Source: a candidate division WOR-3 bacterium
GTDB lineage: Bacteria > Hydrothermota > Hydrothermia > Hydrothermales > JAJRUZ01
Direction of reading: 5' to 3'
Assembly (NCBI GenBank): GCA_024277525.1
Contig: JAJRUZ010000019.1
Location: 17 to 64,016 of the forward strand
DNA length: 64,000 nt
Numbering within the stretch: position 1 is the stretch's first letter; every line of letters starts with the position of its first letter. The position numbers were made by a program, and so were the translations under genes. Under the pieces are notes generated by a model. That model was not told where the DNA came from, ran no database searches, and saw nothing but the letters and a program-made list of their open reading frames with translations. Below are positions 63,593-64,000 of this stretch, piece after piece.

Positions 63593-64000
63593 ACAAAATT
63601 ACGGAGAGTAGATTAAGACCGCATTTGCCATTTGAATTCAGAAATCATTGTGCAACAGGGATTTTTATTTTCAATTTTTTTAAATAATTAAGAATTTTTA
63701 TTCCCGCCGATTATTTATATAAATAATCAAACTTGCATTTTTTATTTTTTGATGGTATTATATAATGCAAAACCGAATCAGGCGGACAAAAAAGGAGTAG
63801 TTTTGATGAAATTTTTTATTTTGTATTTTCAATTTGCAAAAACTGGAAAAAGGGAGGTATTATTCAAATATGAGAGTTCTCTCTCTCTCGGTGAAATTTA
63901 TTCAATTTTTCCTTTCGGATTTTTACATCCATGGTTGACGCATCTTCCTCCGCCATCCGGTAAATTTTGAGAAAAGGCTTGCGGAGTTAAAGATAAGAAA

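Noticed and set aside
63749-63970. Short ORF at the window end
   Set aside because: Has an upstream promoter-like sequence and an SD, but no recognisable domain; cannot be supported without downstream context.

Overview
AT-rich, densely packed chromosomal window from a thermophilic diderm bacterium. The gene mix (T9SS/FlgD-type C-terminal domains, GWxTD proteins, TamB, di-myo-inositol-phosphate synthase, archaeal-type FBP aldolase/phosphatase) suggests a WOR-3/Hydrothermia-like lineage (inference). Most of it is housekeeping and metabolism: pdxJ, maeB, cysC, fbp-ptsH-ptsI, ald, rsmD-coaD-obgE-dprA, an ECF sigma module, hflX, two lon paralogs, guaB, mtnA, murJ, scpB, miaB and radC. I saw no tRNA, rRNA, CRISPR array or intact transposase. 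The most unusual signals are: (1) seven tRNA T-arm-like mini-hairpins (consensus GG-TTCRAHY-CC), each in sense orientation 20-27 nt upstream of a start codon, often in leaders with no Shine-Dalgarno site; (2) many apparently leaderless genes; (3) very short, charge-poor N-terminal export signals; (4) GTAG-type REP palindromes translated inside proteins; (5) an uncharacterised four-gene DUF6754-type membrane complex; (6) a sigma54 module containing a histidine kinase with no phosphoacceptor His. Several in-frame TAA codons and frameshifts, including in the essential obgE, suggest consensus errors. All motif counts were made by eye.
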